Assembly: GCA_959604115.1 (NCBI GenBank)
Contig: CAUHBW010000001.1
Coordinates: 1 to 62,261, forward strand
DNA: 62,261 bases
Reading direction: 5' to 3'
DNA from: an uncultured Bilophila sp.
GTDB taxonomy: Bacteria; Desulfobacterota; Desulfovibrionia; Desulfovibrionales; Desulfovibrionaceae
Part shown: positions 47,524 to 57,484 of the stretch, in pieces
Layout of the letters: every line of letters starts with the position of its first letter
Numbering within the stretch: position 1 is the stretch's first letter
Notes under the pieces: model-generated
What the model was told of the DNA's origin: nothing
The model's database searches: none
What the model saw: only the letters and a program-made list of their open reading frames with translations
Translations under genes and position numbers: made by a program

Positions 47524-48303
47524 ATGGCTGATGAGATAAAGAAAGTCGGCGGCGCGCAAACGCTGGAAAAAGGTCTCTTGACGCTTGAATACGTGGTCGA
47601 AAACAAGACGGTCAGCCTCACGAAGCTCGCCAAGCAGATGGGAATCAACAAAAGTACCCTGTACCGATATTTATCCACCCTCAAACGGATGGGATATCTC
47701 TCGCAGGATGAAAACGACGGGTATTTCCTGACCGACAAGCTCATGAAGATGGCCATGGGCGTCGTCCCGCAAATGGAAATCCGGACCGTCGCCCTCGAAT
47801 ACCTTACCGGACTGGCGAACCAGACGGAATACAACAGCAATCTGGGCTTCTGGAACGGCAAGGAAATCCTGTATCTGGCGCAGAAGCGGCCTCATCCCAT
47901 CGGGCCCTTCATGGTGGGCGAGACGATCCCCGCGTACTGTTCCGCGCTGGGAAAGGCCATTCTGGCGTTTCTCCCGGAACAGGAAGTCGAGGAATACGTC
48001 GCCAAAACGCGGTTCAAGACCTTCACCCCGGCGACGACCGCATCCCCGGAACAGCTCCGCGCCGAACTCGCGGGCGTCCGGGAACAGGGGTACGCGGTCA
48101 TGAACGGCGAAATGCTCACCGGCCTCGTCGGCGTCGCGGTTCCGATCTTCATTTCCGGGACGACGCCGAAATACGCCCTGAGTCTGGCCGGTTCCCTGTA
48201 CGGCGACGTCCGGCAGTTCGCCGACCAGTGCGTCCCTCTGCTGCAAATGGCCGCAAAGGCCATCGCCGACCGGGTGGAACAACACAACAACATGTATGCC
48301 TGA
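47524..48303 (+). CDS. IclR-family regulator
   Basis: QTLEKGL..LE, KSTLYRYL.TL...GY, PAYCSALGKAILA, VREQGYA, GVAVPI. Confidence 0.94.
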   Translation: MADEIKKVGGAQTLEKGLLTLEYVVENKTVSLTKLAKQMGINKSTLYRYLSTLKRMGYLSQDENDGYFLTDKLMKMAMGVVPQMEIRTVALEYLTGLANQTEYNSNLGFWNGKEILYLAQKRPHPIGPFMVGETIPAYCSALGKAILAFLPEQEVEEYVAKTRFKTFTPATTASPEQLRAELAGVREQGYAVMNGEMLTGLVGVAVPIFISGTTPKYALSLAGSLYGDVRQFADQCVPLLQMAAKAIADRVEQHNNMYA

Positions 48304-48365
48304 CGCCGCGTCGTTCTCCCTTTCCGACGGAGCGGCGCGGACAAGCGGGATCCAAAGGAGTTTGT

Positions 48366-49385
48366 ATGCGCTTCGTTCGAGTCGTTACGTTCTGTCTCGC
48401 CGTCCTCCTGGGCGCGTTGTCTTCGGCGCAGGCTCGTCCGCTGCACACCGCGTGGCTGGATGAATTCGAATACTTCGCGGCGTGGTACGCCCACGACCAG
48501 CAATGGGACAGGGAGAACGGACTTGCCGTGGATTTCAGGCTGTACCCCACGGGCAACAACCTCGTGGACAGCTTTTATGCGGACAAATGGGAACTGGCGG
48601 GGTGCGGCGGCATTCCCGCGCTCAAGGCGGTCCTGCGGGACAACGTCTCCGTACTGGGCATAGCTCTGGACGAGGCGGCGGCGAACGCGCTGTATGTCCG
48701 CCCGGACGGCCCTCTGTCGTCCCTGACGCCGACGGCTCCCGACAAAGCGGGGAAGCTGCTCGCGGGAAAACGGATCCTCTGTCCCCTGGGAACGAGCGCG
48801 CATCAGCTGGTCACGGCATTGCTGGACCGCGCCGGACTGACCGACAAAGACGTCGTCCTCATCGACGCGTCTCCCGAGTCCGCGCTCGAAGCCTTCGGCA
48901 AGGGCATGGGAGACGCCGTCGCGCTCTGGGCTCCGCTGAGCTACGCGGCGGAGGAGGCGGGATTCCGCCGTGTGGCCGACGGCGCGGACTGCGGCCTGTT
49001 CCAGCCTACGCTGCTGCTGGTGGACAAGAGGGTCGCCGCCGAGCGTCCCGATGACGTCCGGGCCTTCATGCGCGGCTACGACAGGGCGACGGCGTTTTTC
49101 CGGCAACAGCCGCAGGAGGCGCTCGTGCCTTTGTACCAGCGCTTCCACAAGGAAACGACGGGCAAGGAGCTTTCCGCCGCATACGCTCTGCGCGCGATCC
49201 GGGAACACCGCCCGTTCGACGGGGACGAACGGAAACAAGTGCTCACGGCCGGCGCGGAGAACGGTTCCCTGTCCGCGAAGCTGAAGGGCCTCATCGCCTT
49301 CTACCGGAAGCACAACGCGCTGAGTCACAAGGAAGCGGCGCGGCTGGGCGAAACGGCCTTTTACGCGCCGGAACATACGGAATAA
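48366..49385 (+). CDS. Orphan ABC-type periplasmic binding protein (SsuA/TauA/NMT1-like)
   Basis: Signal peptide; GKRIL...GTSAH......L...GL...DV, G.GDAVALWAP; no permease or ATPase adjacent. Confidence 0.75.
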   Translation: MRFVRVVTFCLAVLLGALSSAQARPLHTAWLDEFEYFAAWYAHDQQWDRENGLAVDFRLYPTGNNLVDSFYADKWELAGCGGIPALKAVLRDNVSVLGIALDEAAANALYVRPDGPLSSLTPTAPDKAGKLLAGKRILCPLGTSAHQLVTALLDRAGLTDKDVVLIDASPESALEAFGKGMGDAVALWAPLSYAAEEAGFRRVADGADCGLFQPTLLLVDKRVAAERPDDVRAFMRGYDRATAFFRQQPQEALVPLYQRFHKETTGKELSAAYALRAIREHRPFDGDERKQVLTAGAENGSLSAKLKGLIAFYRKHNALSHKEAARLGETAFYAPEHTE

Positions 49386-49447
49386 TCCGTAACGGCGGCG
49401 GGGCCTTTCCGAAGGCCGCACCTTGGTTACGATTGAGCAAACTTTTT

Positions 49448-49575
49448 AGGCTCTGTCACGGAATTCGATTGATGCCGACGTGCAAAGCGTATTGACCACG
49501 GGCTTTCATTTTCGCATCGCGAAAGGCCCCCAAAACGGATACGCCGTCTCCCATTGGCCCGTTTTTTTGAAAAAC
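49448..49575 (-). mobile_element. Possible degenerate IS end (IS5/IS1182-like)
   Basis: TAGGCTCTGTCACGG resembles IS inverted-repeat starts; the - strand gives GRRRIRFGGL, similar to transposase C-terminal R..R.RGL; weak. Confidence 0.25.
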
Positions 49576-49853
49576 AGCAATCCATCCGACAGAGCACCCT
49601 TTTCCAAGCAGTTGGACGGCTGAAGACGCCCTCGGTCCTCGTGACGGCGGGCTCTGACGAGATGCTCGCGGTGGACGGATGTCCGGCCTCCACCGCCTCA
49701 GCCGTTTTCTTGAACACGGCCTTCTCGAAGGCGCCTCCTGTTTCTCCAAGGGCTTTGGCCTTCCCGCCTCAGCCCTTTTCGCATTCGACGGCGGTCAAAC
49801 GGGCCGACCGGCGCGACGGCTCCGGGTCGGCCCCAAACAGTTGGGAGAGCGTG

Positions 49854-50771
49854 ATGACGCACCTTCGCGAAACGACGGGAAAAGGCTTTCTGGCTCTCGC
49901 CATCAGCTCCCTTCTCTGGGGCGGGACGGTGATTCTCTGGAAACGGCTCCAGCACGTTCCGGTTTCCGAGATACTGGCCTGCCGCATCGTGTTTTCCGTC
50001 CTCGTCATGCTCCCGTTCTTCCTCGCCGGAGAGCGGCTCCGGCGTGTCCGTTCCCTGCTCGCCTCTCCCCGGGAACTGGGCTGGCTGTTTCTATCGGCCT
50101 TCCTGATCGGCTCCAACTGGCTCGCCTACATGGGGGCCACCACGCTCGGGCGGATGCTGGAACTCAGCCTCGGCTGCTTTTCCATTCCGCTCCTGAGCGC
50201 CTTCGTCGGAACCGCCGTACTGCACGAACGTCTTTCCCCTCTGCGGAAGTGCGCGTTCGCCGTCGCGGGCGTCGGCGTGGGCTACGCCTTCTTTTCCTAC
50301 AGCGAAATCCCCTGGTTCGGCCTCTACGTACCCTTCTCTTTCGTCCTGTACGGCCTCGTCCGACGGCAGATCAAGGTCGAAGCCCTCGAAGGCATGCTGA
50401 TAGAAAACGGACTGCTGTTTCCCCTCGCCGGAGCGTGGCTTCTCTGGCAGGGGCATCTGGGCAACGAATACGTGCTGTCCCCCTCCGCCGGCGACTTTCT
50501 GCTGCTGTTCTTCTCCGGGATCATCACGCTGATCCCCATCACGCTGTACATCTACGCCGTGCGTCATGTGGAGTTCATCACCGTAGGTTTTTTCCAGTTC
50601 GTTTCCCCGTCCATCGTCATGCTGCTCGGCGTCTGCGTCTACGGCGAAACGCTTTCCGTCGAACGCCTGTTCGTCTTTCTGTGCATCTGGGCTTCGCTGG
50701 CCTTCTACATGCTCGACGGCATACGGGAACACGCCCGCCGCGACGCTTCCGACCCCTCGGGGCATCCCTGA
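49854..50771 (+). CDS. rarD: RarD-type EamA transporter
   Basis: LLWG, EILACRIVFS, NWLAY, LELSLG.F..PL, LHERL, SF.LYGLVRR, GFFQFVSPS. Confidence 0.88.
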   Translation: MTHLRETTGKGFLALAISSLLWGGTVILWKRLQHVPVSEILACRIVFSVLVMLPFFLAGERLRRVRSLLASPRELGWLFLSAFLIGSNWLAYMGATTLGRMLELSLGCFSIPLLSAFVGTAVLHERLSPLRKCAFAVAGVGVGYAFFSYSEIPWFGLYVPFSFVLYGLVRRQIKVEALEGMLIENGLLFPLAGAWLLWQGHLGNEYVLSPSAGDFLLLFFSGIITLIPITLYIYAVRHVEFITVGFFQFVSPSIVMLLGVCVYGETLSVERLFVFLCIWASLAFYMLDGIREHARRDASDPSGHP

Positions 50772-50904
50772 CGGGCTTTCCGACCGAACAACGAGGCGGG
50801 AGGGCATGATTCTTGCCCGAAACGGGAAAAAGTCATAGGGTCCGGAAGAGGTGCATCACCTTGTGAAACCACCGGGCCCGCGCCCGTATTCGACCGGAGG
50901 AGAG

Positions 50905-51483
50905 ATGAAGTATTTTGATTTTGAAATCATGGGATTGAAAAGGAAACTGCCCTATGTGCAGGTAGGCGAAAATCTGGCGCTGGCCAGCTTCGTAGTGCTG
51001 TCCGACACCGAGCTGATCCGGACCGTGGCTCCGGAACTGGTGAAGCGCCTCCCCGAAGTGGACGTGCTCATGACCGCCGAGGCCAAGGGCATCTGCCTCA
51101 CCTACGAAATCAGCCGTCTGATGGGCATGAAGGACTTCGTCGTGGCCCGAAAGAGCCGCAAGCCCTACATGCAGGATCCCGTCTCCCATTCCGTCCGTTC
51201 CGTCACCACCCAGAAGGAACAGCACCTCTGGCTGGACGGCTGCGAAGCCGAAAAGCTCAAGGGCAAACGCGTGGCCCTCATCGACGACGTGATCGCCACC
51301 GGCGAATCCCTTGAGGCGCTCGAAACGCTGGCCAAGTCGGCGGGAGCCAACATCGTGGCCCGCGCCGCCATCCTCGCGGAACTGGAATCCGTCCACCGCA
51401 CCGACATCATTTATCTGAAGGAACATTACGTGTTCCGTCCGAACCCCGACGGCACCTTTACCCCGATTGAAACGCTCAAGTAG
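50905..51483 (+). CDS. Type I purine phosphoribosyltransferase (Apt-like family)
   Basis: TAEAKGI, ARKSRKPYM, PRPP motif VALIDDVIATGES. Confidence 0.88.
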   Translation: MKYFDFEIMGLKRKLPYVQVGENLALASFVVLSDTELIRTVAPELVKRLPEVDVLMTAEAKGICLTYEISRLMGMKDFVVARKSRKPYMQDPVSHSVRSVTTQKEQHLWLDGCEAEKLKGKRVALIDDVIATGESLEALETLAKSAGANIVARAAILAELESVHRTDIIYLKEHYVFRPNPDGTFTPIETLK

Positions 51484-51863
51484 AGCCGACGGCCTTTAGT
51501 CTCGTTTTAACGGTTCATGCCGCCGAAGATGCGGTCTTCGGCGGCATCCGGGCCGCTTCCCGACGGGCCCCCGCCTTTCAGCGTTGAAAGACCCGTTCCG
51601 CCGCCTCTTTGCCCGCCCGCATTCCCTCCCTGCCCTGCGGCGTTCTTCCGCGCGCCGCCCTTCTCCCTGCCGGACAGCACCATCGGACGCCGAAAAAAAC
51701 GGCGCGAAGGCTCGCCTTTCGCCGCCGTCATGCTTGCACCGCGCGTTATTTTGGTGAACAATCCGCCGACGGCGTCCCGGGGAGGGGACCATTGGGGCAC
51801 CGCCGGCACTCACAACGTCACTCACGGTCGCCGGACCGAACACCAACACGGGAGAGGAGTTTT

Positions 51864-53243
51864 ATGGAAGCATCGTTTTTTCCGTCCATCGCGGCTTTCC
51901 TCTGGATCGGCATTCTGCTCATGCTCGGAACCTATCTCCGGGCGAAAGTTCCGTTTCTTCAACGGATACTGTTCCCCGCGTCCCTGATCGGCGGGCTTAT
52001 CGGCTTCGGGCTCATCAACGCCGGATGGCTCGGCATTCCGACCACGGAAGGCTGGAAAGTGATTGATCAGGCTCCGTTCGGCACGCTCACCTTCCACCTG
52101 TTCGCCTTCGGCTTCGTCGGCATCGGGTTCCTCGAATCCGCCCGGAAGACGGACAGCAACAAGGTCGTCCTGCGCGGGGCGCTCTGGATCGCGCTGCTGT
52201 TCACCATGATGTTCTGCATTCAGGCTCTGCTCGGCAAGGGCATCTTCGTCGCCTGGGCCGACCTCTTCGGCGGGCGGTTCGACACCGTCAACGGCTATCT
52301 GCTCGGCTCGGGCTTCACGCAGGGTCCGGGACAGACGCAGGCCTACGCCTCCATCTGGGAAAACACCTACAAGACCGCCAATGCCGTCAACACGGGTCTG
52401 GCCTTCGCCGCCGTGGGCTTCCTCGTAGCCGGTCTGGTGGGCGTGCCGCTGGCCCTGTACGGGATCAAGAAGGGCTGGGCCGCCTGCGATGACAGCAAGG
52501 GCCTGCCCCGCTGCCTGCTGCGCGGCCTGCGGGACGAAGGCGACAAGCCCTCCTGCGCCTTCAGCACCACGCACCCCGCGAACATCGACTCCTTCGGGTT
52601 CCACATGGGGCTCATGGCGAGCACCTACGCCCTCGCCTACCTCGTGGCCGTGGCCTGGACGCTGTACGCGCCGCAGGCCCTCAGGGGCCTCGGCTTCGGC
52701 ATGCTGTTCTTCTGGGGCATGCTCGTGGCGATGGGCGTGCGCAAGTTCATGAAGGCCACCCGCATCAGCACCCTGCTCGACAACGAAACCTGCCACCGCA
52801 TCACCAACATGACGGTGGACTTCATGATCTGCTCCGTGTTCATGGGCATCCGGTTCAGCAGCCTTCAGGACATTCTCATGCCCTTCGGGCTGTCGATCCT
52901 CGTGGCCACCGCCGTCACCCTCGCCCTGTGCCTGTGGTTCGGACGCCGCTCCCCCGAATACGGCTTCGAACGCTGCCTCGCCCTGTTCGGCTACTGCACG
53001 GGCACGGCGGCGTCGGGCCTGCTGCTCCTGCGCATCGCGGACCCGGAATTCCGTACGCCCGTCGCCGTGGAAATCGGCGTCATGAACGTCTGCCTGCTGT
53101 TCATCTTCGACACGACGGTCACGGTGTCCATGCCCTTCGCGCCGAGCGAGGGCTTTCCCCTTGCGTGGATCTTCTTAGGAATGGCGGTCGGCATTCCCAT
53201 CATCATGTACTTCCTCAAGCTGATACGAAAGCCGGCGCTTTAG
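51864..53243 (+). CDS. GltS/ESS-family Na+:solute symporter, paralog of 34962..36356
   Basis: FLQRILFPASLIGG, GFTQGPGQ, FGYCTGTAASGLLLLRIADP. Confidence 0.85.
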   Translation: MEASFFPSIAAFLWIGILLMLGTYLRAKVPFLQRILFPASLIGGLIGFGLINAGWLGIPTTEGWKVIDQAPFGTLTFHLFAFGFVGIGFLESARKTDSNKVVLRGALWIALLFTMMFCIQALLGKGIFVAWADLFGGRFDTVNGYLLGSGFTQGPGQTQAYASIWENTYKTANAVNTGLAFAAVGFLVAGLVGVPLALYGIKKGWAACDDSKGLPRCLLRGLRDEGDKPSCAFSTTHPANIDSFGFHMGLMASTYALAYLVAVAWTLYAPQALRGLGFGMLFFWGMLVAMGVRKFMKATRISTLLDNETCHRITNMTVDFMICSVFMGIRFSSLQDILMPFGLSILVATAVTLALCLWFGRRSPEYGFERCLALFGYCTGTAASGLLLLRIADPEFRTPVAVEIGVMNVCLLFIFDTTVTVSMPFAPSEGFPLAWIFLGMAVGIPIIMYFLKLIRKPAL

Positions 53244-53488
53244 CCGCTTCGCCGCGCCGCCGGGATGCCGGGCCGCAGGCCGTTTCGGCCCCGTCCTGTA
53301 GTCCCTGCGGCGCGGTTCCGAACGGGGCGTCCCGCAGTTTCTCCCGGCCTTCCGCATCGCGGGCGTCCGCGCGCCCGGCGGAAACGCGCGCCGGGCGCAC
53401 CTCCGCCCGATCCGGTCCCGACGACGCTACGGCCTCGTCCGCGGACGCCACCGTCCAACCGCCTCATGACCAGCCAAGGAGTTCGCCT

Positions 53489-55096
53489 ATGCCTTACGCC
53501 AGTCAACTGCTGTTCAACGCCGTCATCCTGACGATGGACGAACACGATACCGTGGCCTCGGCCATCGCGCTCGACGGCGACCGCATCCTCGCCGTGGGCG
53601 ATCCTGACGATCTCGCCCCCTTCGTCGGCCCGGACACGGTCCGCCGCGACATGGAAGGAAAAACCGTCATGCCCGGCTTTTACGACGCGCACGGGCACAT
53701 CCTGCTCACGGCGTCGATGCTGGACTGGGAAGACCTCAACGCTCCGCCCATCGGCACCTGCCGCACGCTTGAGGACTGTCTCTCCCGGCTGCGCAGACGC
53801 GCGGCGGAGACGCCCGCCGGAGAATGGATCCTGTCCTACGGCTTCGACGACACGCTGATGGAGGAAAAACGCTTTCCCACCCGTGAGGAGCTTGATGCCG
53901 TCAGCACCGAACACCCCATCCTCGTCCAGCACATTTCCATCCACTTCGGCGCGCTGAACAGCGCAGGATTCGCCGCGCTGGGCATCGACCGCGACACGCC
54001 CGATCCCGAAGGCGGGGTCATCCGCCACGAGGCCGACGGCTCGCTGCACGGCGTGGTCGAGGAGCGCGCCCTGTTCGATCTGGTTTCGCCGCGCCTTCCC
54101 GTCTTCTCCCGCGAACATCAGGTGCGGAACATCGCCAGAACATCGCGGGAGGTCTATGCGGCGCGCGGCATCACCACCGCGCTGGACGCGGGCGTGCTCG
54201 ACTACGAGAGCGCCGAAGCCCTGCGGGAAACCTGCGAACGGGGGCTGCTCGCCGTCCGCGCGCACATCAATCCCTACTACTATCTGGACCGGGACGACCC
54301 GCGCCTGCACTTCGAAGGACAGGTGACCACCGGCGGCGTCAAGATCATGAGCGACGGTTCCATTCAGGGATTCACCGCCTACCTGTCCAAACCCTACCAC
54401 ACGCCATTCAAGGGCGATCCCGGCTACCGGGGCTATCCCGCCTATTCCCGGGAGGAGCTGTTCGCCATCGTCGAGGAGGCGCATCGGAACGGACAGTTCC
54501 TCATCCACGCGAACGGCGACGGAGCCATGGACGACGCGCTGGACGCCCTTGAGGCCGCGCAGGCCAGGTACCCCCGCGAAGGCTGCCGCCACATCCTGAT
54601 CCACGCCCAGACCATCCGGGACGATCAGCTTGACCGGCTCGGCAAGGCGGGCTTCACGCCCACGTTCTTCGTGCCGCACGTCTACTACTGGGGCGACCGG
54701 CACCGCGACATCTTCCTCGGACCCGAACGCGCCGCGCGCATGGACCCCATCCGCTCGGCCATCGATCGCGGATACGTCTGCACCTCGCACTGCGACACGC
54801 CGATCACGCCGGTCAAGCCCTTCCTCTCCATCTGGGCCTGCGTGAACCGCCTCACCTCTTCGGGCAAGGTCCTCGGCCCCGACCAGCGCATCTCCGTGCG
54901 GGAAGCCCTGCGCGCCCACACCATCAACGCCGCGTGGCAGCATTTCGAGGAAAAGGACCGGGGCTCGCTGGAGCCGGGCAAGTTCGCCGACTTCATCCTG
55001 CTCGACGCCAACCCGCTGGAATGCGCGCCCGAAGCCCTGCGCGACATCCGCGTGCTCGAAACCGTCGTCGGCGGGAACACCGTCTTCACGCTCTGA
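53489..55096 (+). CDS. Amidohydrolase family 3 (YtcJ/NfdA-like), paralog of 16671..18320
   Basis: PGFYDAHGH, KIMSDGSIQGFT, IHANGD, IHAQ, HVYYWGDRHRD, SHCD, GSLEPGKFAD. Confidence 0.9.
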   Translation: MPYASQLLFNAVILTMDEHDTVASAIALDGDRILAVGDPDDLAPFVGPDTVRRDMEGKTVMPGFYDAHGHILLTASMLDWEDLNAPPIGTCRTLEDCLSRLRRRAAETPAGEWILSYGFDDTLMEEKRFPTREELDAVSTEHPILVQHISIHFGALNSAGFAALGIDRDTPDPEGGVIRHEADGSLHGVVEERALFDLVSPRLPVFSREHQVRNIARTSREVYAARGITTALDAGVLDYESAEALRETCERGLLAVRAHINPYYYLDRDDPRLHFEGQVTTGGVKIMSDGSIQGFTAYLSKPYHTPFKGDPGYRGYPAYSREELFAIVEEAHRNGQFLIHANGDGAMDDALDALEAAQARYPREGCRHILIHAQTIRDDQLDRLGKAGFTPTFFVPHVYYWGDRHRDIFLGPERAARMDPIRSAIDRGYVCTSHCDTPITPVKPFLSIWACVNRLTSSGKVLGPDQRISVREALRAHTINAAWQHFEEKDRGSLEPGKFADFILLDANPLECAPEALRDIRVLETVVGGNTVFTL

Positions 55097-55118
55097 TCCC
55101 TTTTCTCCTTCACAACCG

Positions 55119-55157
55119 AGGCCGACGTCCCCGAACCGGGCAACGTCGGCCTTTTTT
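55119..55157 (+). terminator. Intrinsic terminator
   Basis: AGGCCGACGT...ACGTCGGCCT followed by a T-run. Confidence 0.75.
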
Positions 55158-55288
55158 CGGCCTTCCGACGTCACGCGCGGCACGGCTCCGCATTCCGCCT
55201 TCCCGGCGGACGCGCCGCCCGTTTTCCTCTCCGGGGGATGGTTCTCAATGACCTGAAACAACGCATGATTTTTTCTGTTGATTTTTCA

Positions 55289-55302
55289 TACACACCAGTC
55301 TA
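55289..55302. promoter_or_regulatory. Candidate TetR autoregulatory operator
   Basis: TACAC-ACCA-GTCTA, one mismatch from TAGAC-N4-GTCTA, within a TTGATT-17 bp-TAAAGA promoter spacer. Confidence 0.4.
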
Positions 55303-55313
55303 AAGATAGCGCC

Positions 55314-55949
55314 ATGACAAACGACGAACAGACCGTCAGAGGCCGGGGACGCCCTCCCAAGCAACACCGCGACAAGCTCCAGACCCGCGAAATGCTCCTG
55401 ATCGCCGGGACGGAAGTCGTGACGGAAAAGGGCTTTTCGGCGGTGGGCGTGGACGAGATATTGCAGCGCACGGGCATTTCGAGGTGCTCCTTCTACTATT
55501 ATTTCAAGACGAAGGAAGGGTTCGGCACCGAGCTTGTCGAACGGTACAGGGTGTCCGTCATTCGGAAGCTGGAACGCTGCCTCGGGGACGCCTCCCGCCC
55601 CGTGCGGGATCGCCTCCGCGCCTTCGTCGACGAAGTGCGCGACGGCATGGTGCGGACGGACTGCCGCTCCGGCTGTCTGGTCGGCAAGCTGGCGCAGGAG
55701 GTCAACACGCTGCCGGAGAGCTTCCGCGCCCAGCTTGCGGCGGTCTTTGCGGACTGGCAGGCCGCCCTCGCGCACGGGTTGCGGCTCGCGCAGGAGACCG
55801 GGGAGCTCTCCCCGGAACTGGACTGCGACCGGCTTGCGGCCCTCTTCTGGTACGGCTGGGAGGGAGCGCTGCAACGCGCGAATCTGGAACTGGACACGGC
55901 GCCCATCGACCTTTTCATCGAGGGCTTCTTTTCCCGACTGACGCGATAA
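55314..55949 (+). CDS. TetR-family regulator (NemR/AcuR-like)
   Basis: RGRPPK, EKGFSAVGVDEIL..TGI...SFYYYFKTKE.FG, GCLVG.LAQE, GWEGA. Confidence 0.92.
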   Translation: MTNDEQTVRGRGRPPKQHRDKLQTREMLLIAGTEVVTEKGFSAVGVDEILQRTGISRCSFYYYFKTKEGFGTELVERYRVSVIRKLERCLGDASRPVRDRLRAFVDEVRDGMVRTDCRSGCLVGKLAQEVNTLPESFRAQLAAVFADWQAALAHGLRLAQETGELSPELDCDRLAALFWYGWEGALQRANLELDTAPIDLFIEGFFSRLTR

Positions 55950-56084
55950 CGGACCGATCCCCGCGACGGCCCGCGTATCCGGCATCCCGACAATCTTCCG
56001 ATTGTCGGCGTCCTGAAGTGCGCCCTTTTTTCGGCGGCCCCGCCGTTCGGAGGACGCCATTCCCTGAGGTAAGGAGACGGCATC

Positions 56085-57443
56085 ATGGCTCACACGGATT
56101 CCGCCGGCGAACTGGCGACGGCGCCCATCGGCAGGCTGCTGTTGCGGTTCGGCATCCCGAGCATTCTGGCACAGGTGGTCAACCTGCTCTACAACGTCGT
56201 GGACCGTATCTTCGTGGGCAGAATCCCCGAGGTCGGGCCGCTGGCGCTGGCGGGGCTGGGGGTCGCGTTTCCCGTCATCCTGATCATCTCGGCCTTTTCC
56301 TTCCTCGCGGGCATGGGCGGCGCGCCGCTCGCCTCCATCGCCATGGGACGCGGCGACAACGAGAAGGCGGAACGCATCCTCGGCGCGTCCTGCGTGTTCC
56401 TGCTGGTCATGTCCGTGGTCCTCGCCGGGCTGTGCTTCCTGATCATGCGCCCGGCCCTGCTTCTGTTCGGAGCCAGCGAACAGACCATCGGCTACGCGAT
56501 GGACTACTTTTCGCTGTACCTGCTCGGCACCCCGGCGGTCCAGCTCACCCTCGGGCTGAACTACTACATTTCCGGGCAGGGCTTCGCCAAGACGAGCATG
56601 CTCACCGTGCTCATCGGGGCGGCCCTCAACATCGTCCTCGACCCGATCTTCATCTACGGGCTGGAGATGGGCTGCAAGGGCGCGGCGCTGGCCACGATTT
56701 GCAGCCAGACCGTCAGCGCCGCGTGGATATTCGCCTTCTTTCTCGGCAAGCAGACCATCCTGCGTTTCCGCAGGCAGTTCCTCAGACTGGATTTCCGGGT
56801 GCTCACGCCCGTCATCCTGCTCGGGCTTTCCCCCTTCTTCGTGCAGGTGACGGACTGCATCGTCCCGCTGGTCATGAACGCGGGCATGCAGCACTACGGC
56901 AACGACTACTACGTCGGCACCATGACCGTCCTGTTCAGCATCGAGCAGTTGCTGCGCCTTCCCGTGGACGGGCTGTGTCAGGGGGCCGTGCCCATCATGA
57001 GCTACAACTACGGCGCGGGCATCCCCGAACGCGTGAAGGGGACCTACACCCGCATTCTGGCCTGCTCCTTCGGATTCACCAGCGTGATCAGCTGGCTCAT
57101 CATGCTCTTTCCCGCCGCGTTCATCGCGCCGTTCACCGATTCCGCCCGGATCATGGACATCGCCGTGCCCGCCATCCGCATCTACTTCGGCGGCATGATG
57201 TTCATCGGCATCCTGTACGCCTGCCAGCGCACCTTCATGGCGCTCGGGCGCACCAAGCTCTCGCTGCTCGGGGCCATGATGCGCAAGCTCGTCATCCTGC
57301 TCCCCCTCTGCTTCATCCTGCCGCGCCTCGGCTTCGGCACCGACGGCCTGCTCTATGCGGAGCTCATCGCCGACGTGGCCGGAACGGCCATCGTATTCGG
57401 CATTTTCCTCTTCAACTTCAAGTCCATGCTCAAGCCCCGCTGA
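56085..57443 (+). CDS. MATE efflux transporter (MepA-like)
   Basis: LYNVVDRIFVG, NIVLDPIFIY, GAALAT..SQ, QGAVPIMSYNYGA. Confidence 0.93.
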   Translation: MAHTDSAGELATAPIGRLLLRFGIPSILAQVVNLLYNVVDRIFVGRIPEVGPLALAGLGVAFPVILIISAFSFLAGMGGAPLASIAMGRGDNEKAERILGASCVFLLVMSVVLAGLCFLIMRPALLLFGASEQTIGYAMDYFSLYLLGTPAVQLTLGLNYYISGQGFAKTSMLTVLIGAALNIVLDPIFIYGLEMGCKGAALATICSQTVSAAWIFAFFLGKQTILRFRRQFLRLDFRVLTPVILLGLSPFFVQVTDCIVPLVMNAGMQHYGNDYYVGTMTVLFSIEQLLRLPVDGLCQGAVPIMSYNYGAGIPERVKGTYTRILACSFGFTSVISWLIMLFPAAFIAPFTDSARIMDIAVPAIRIYFGGMMFIGILYACQRTFMALGRTKLSLLGAMMRKLVILLPLCFILPRLGFGTDGLLYAELIADVAGTAIVFGIFLFNFKSMLKPR

Positions 57444-57484
57444 ACCCTCCAGCCGCTGGAGACGTGGGGCGAGGAGAAACGACC

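Noticed and set aside
50837..50880. Hairpin GGGTCCGG...CCGGGCCC upstream of the purine PRTase, resembling a ykkC or purine riboswitch
   Set aside because: It lacks the downstream conserved ykkC and purine riboswitch elements. Its 5' arm overlaps a plausible promoter (TTGCCC-17 bp-TAGGGT), so it would not be fully transcribed.
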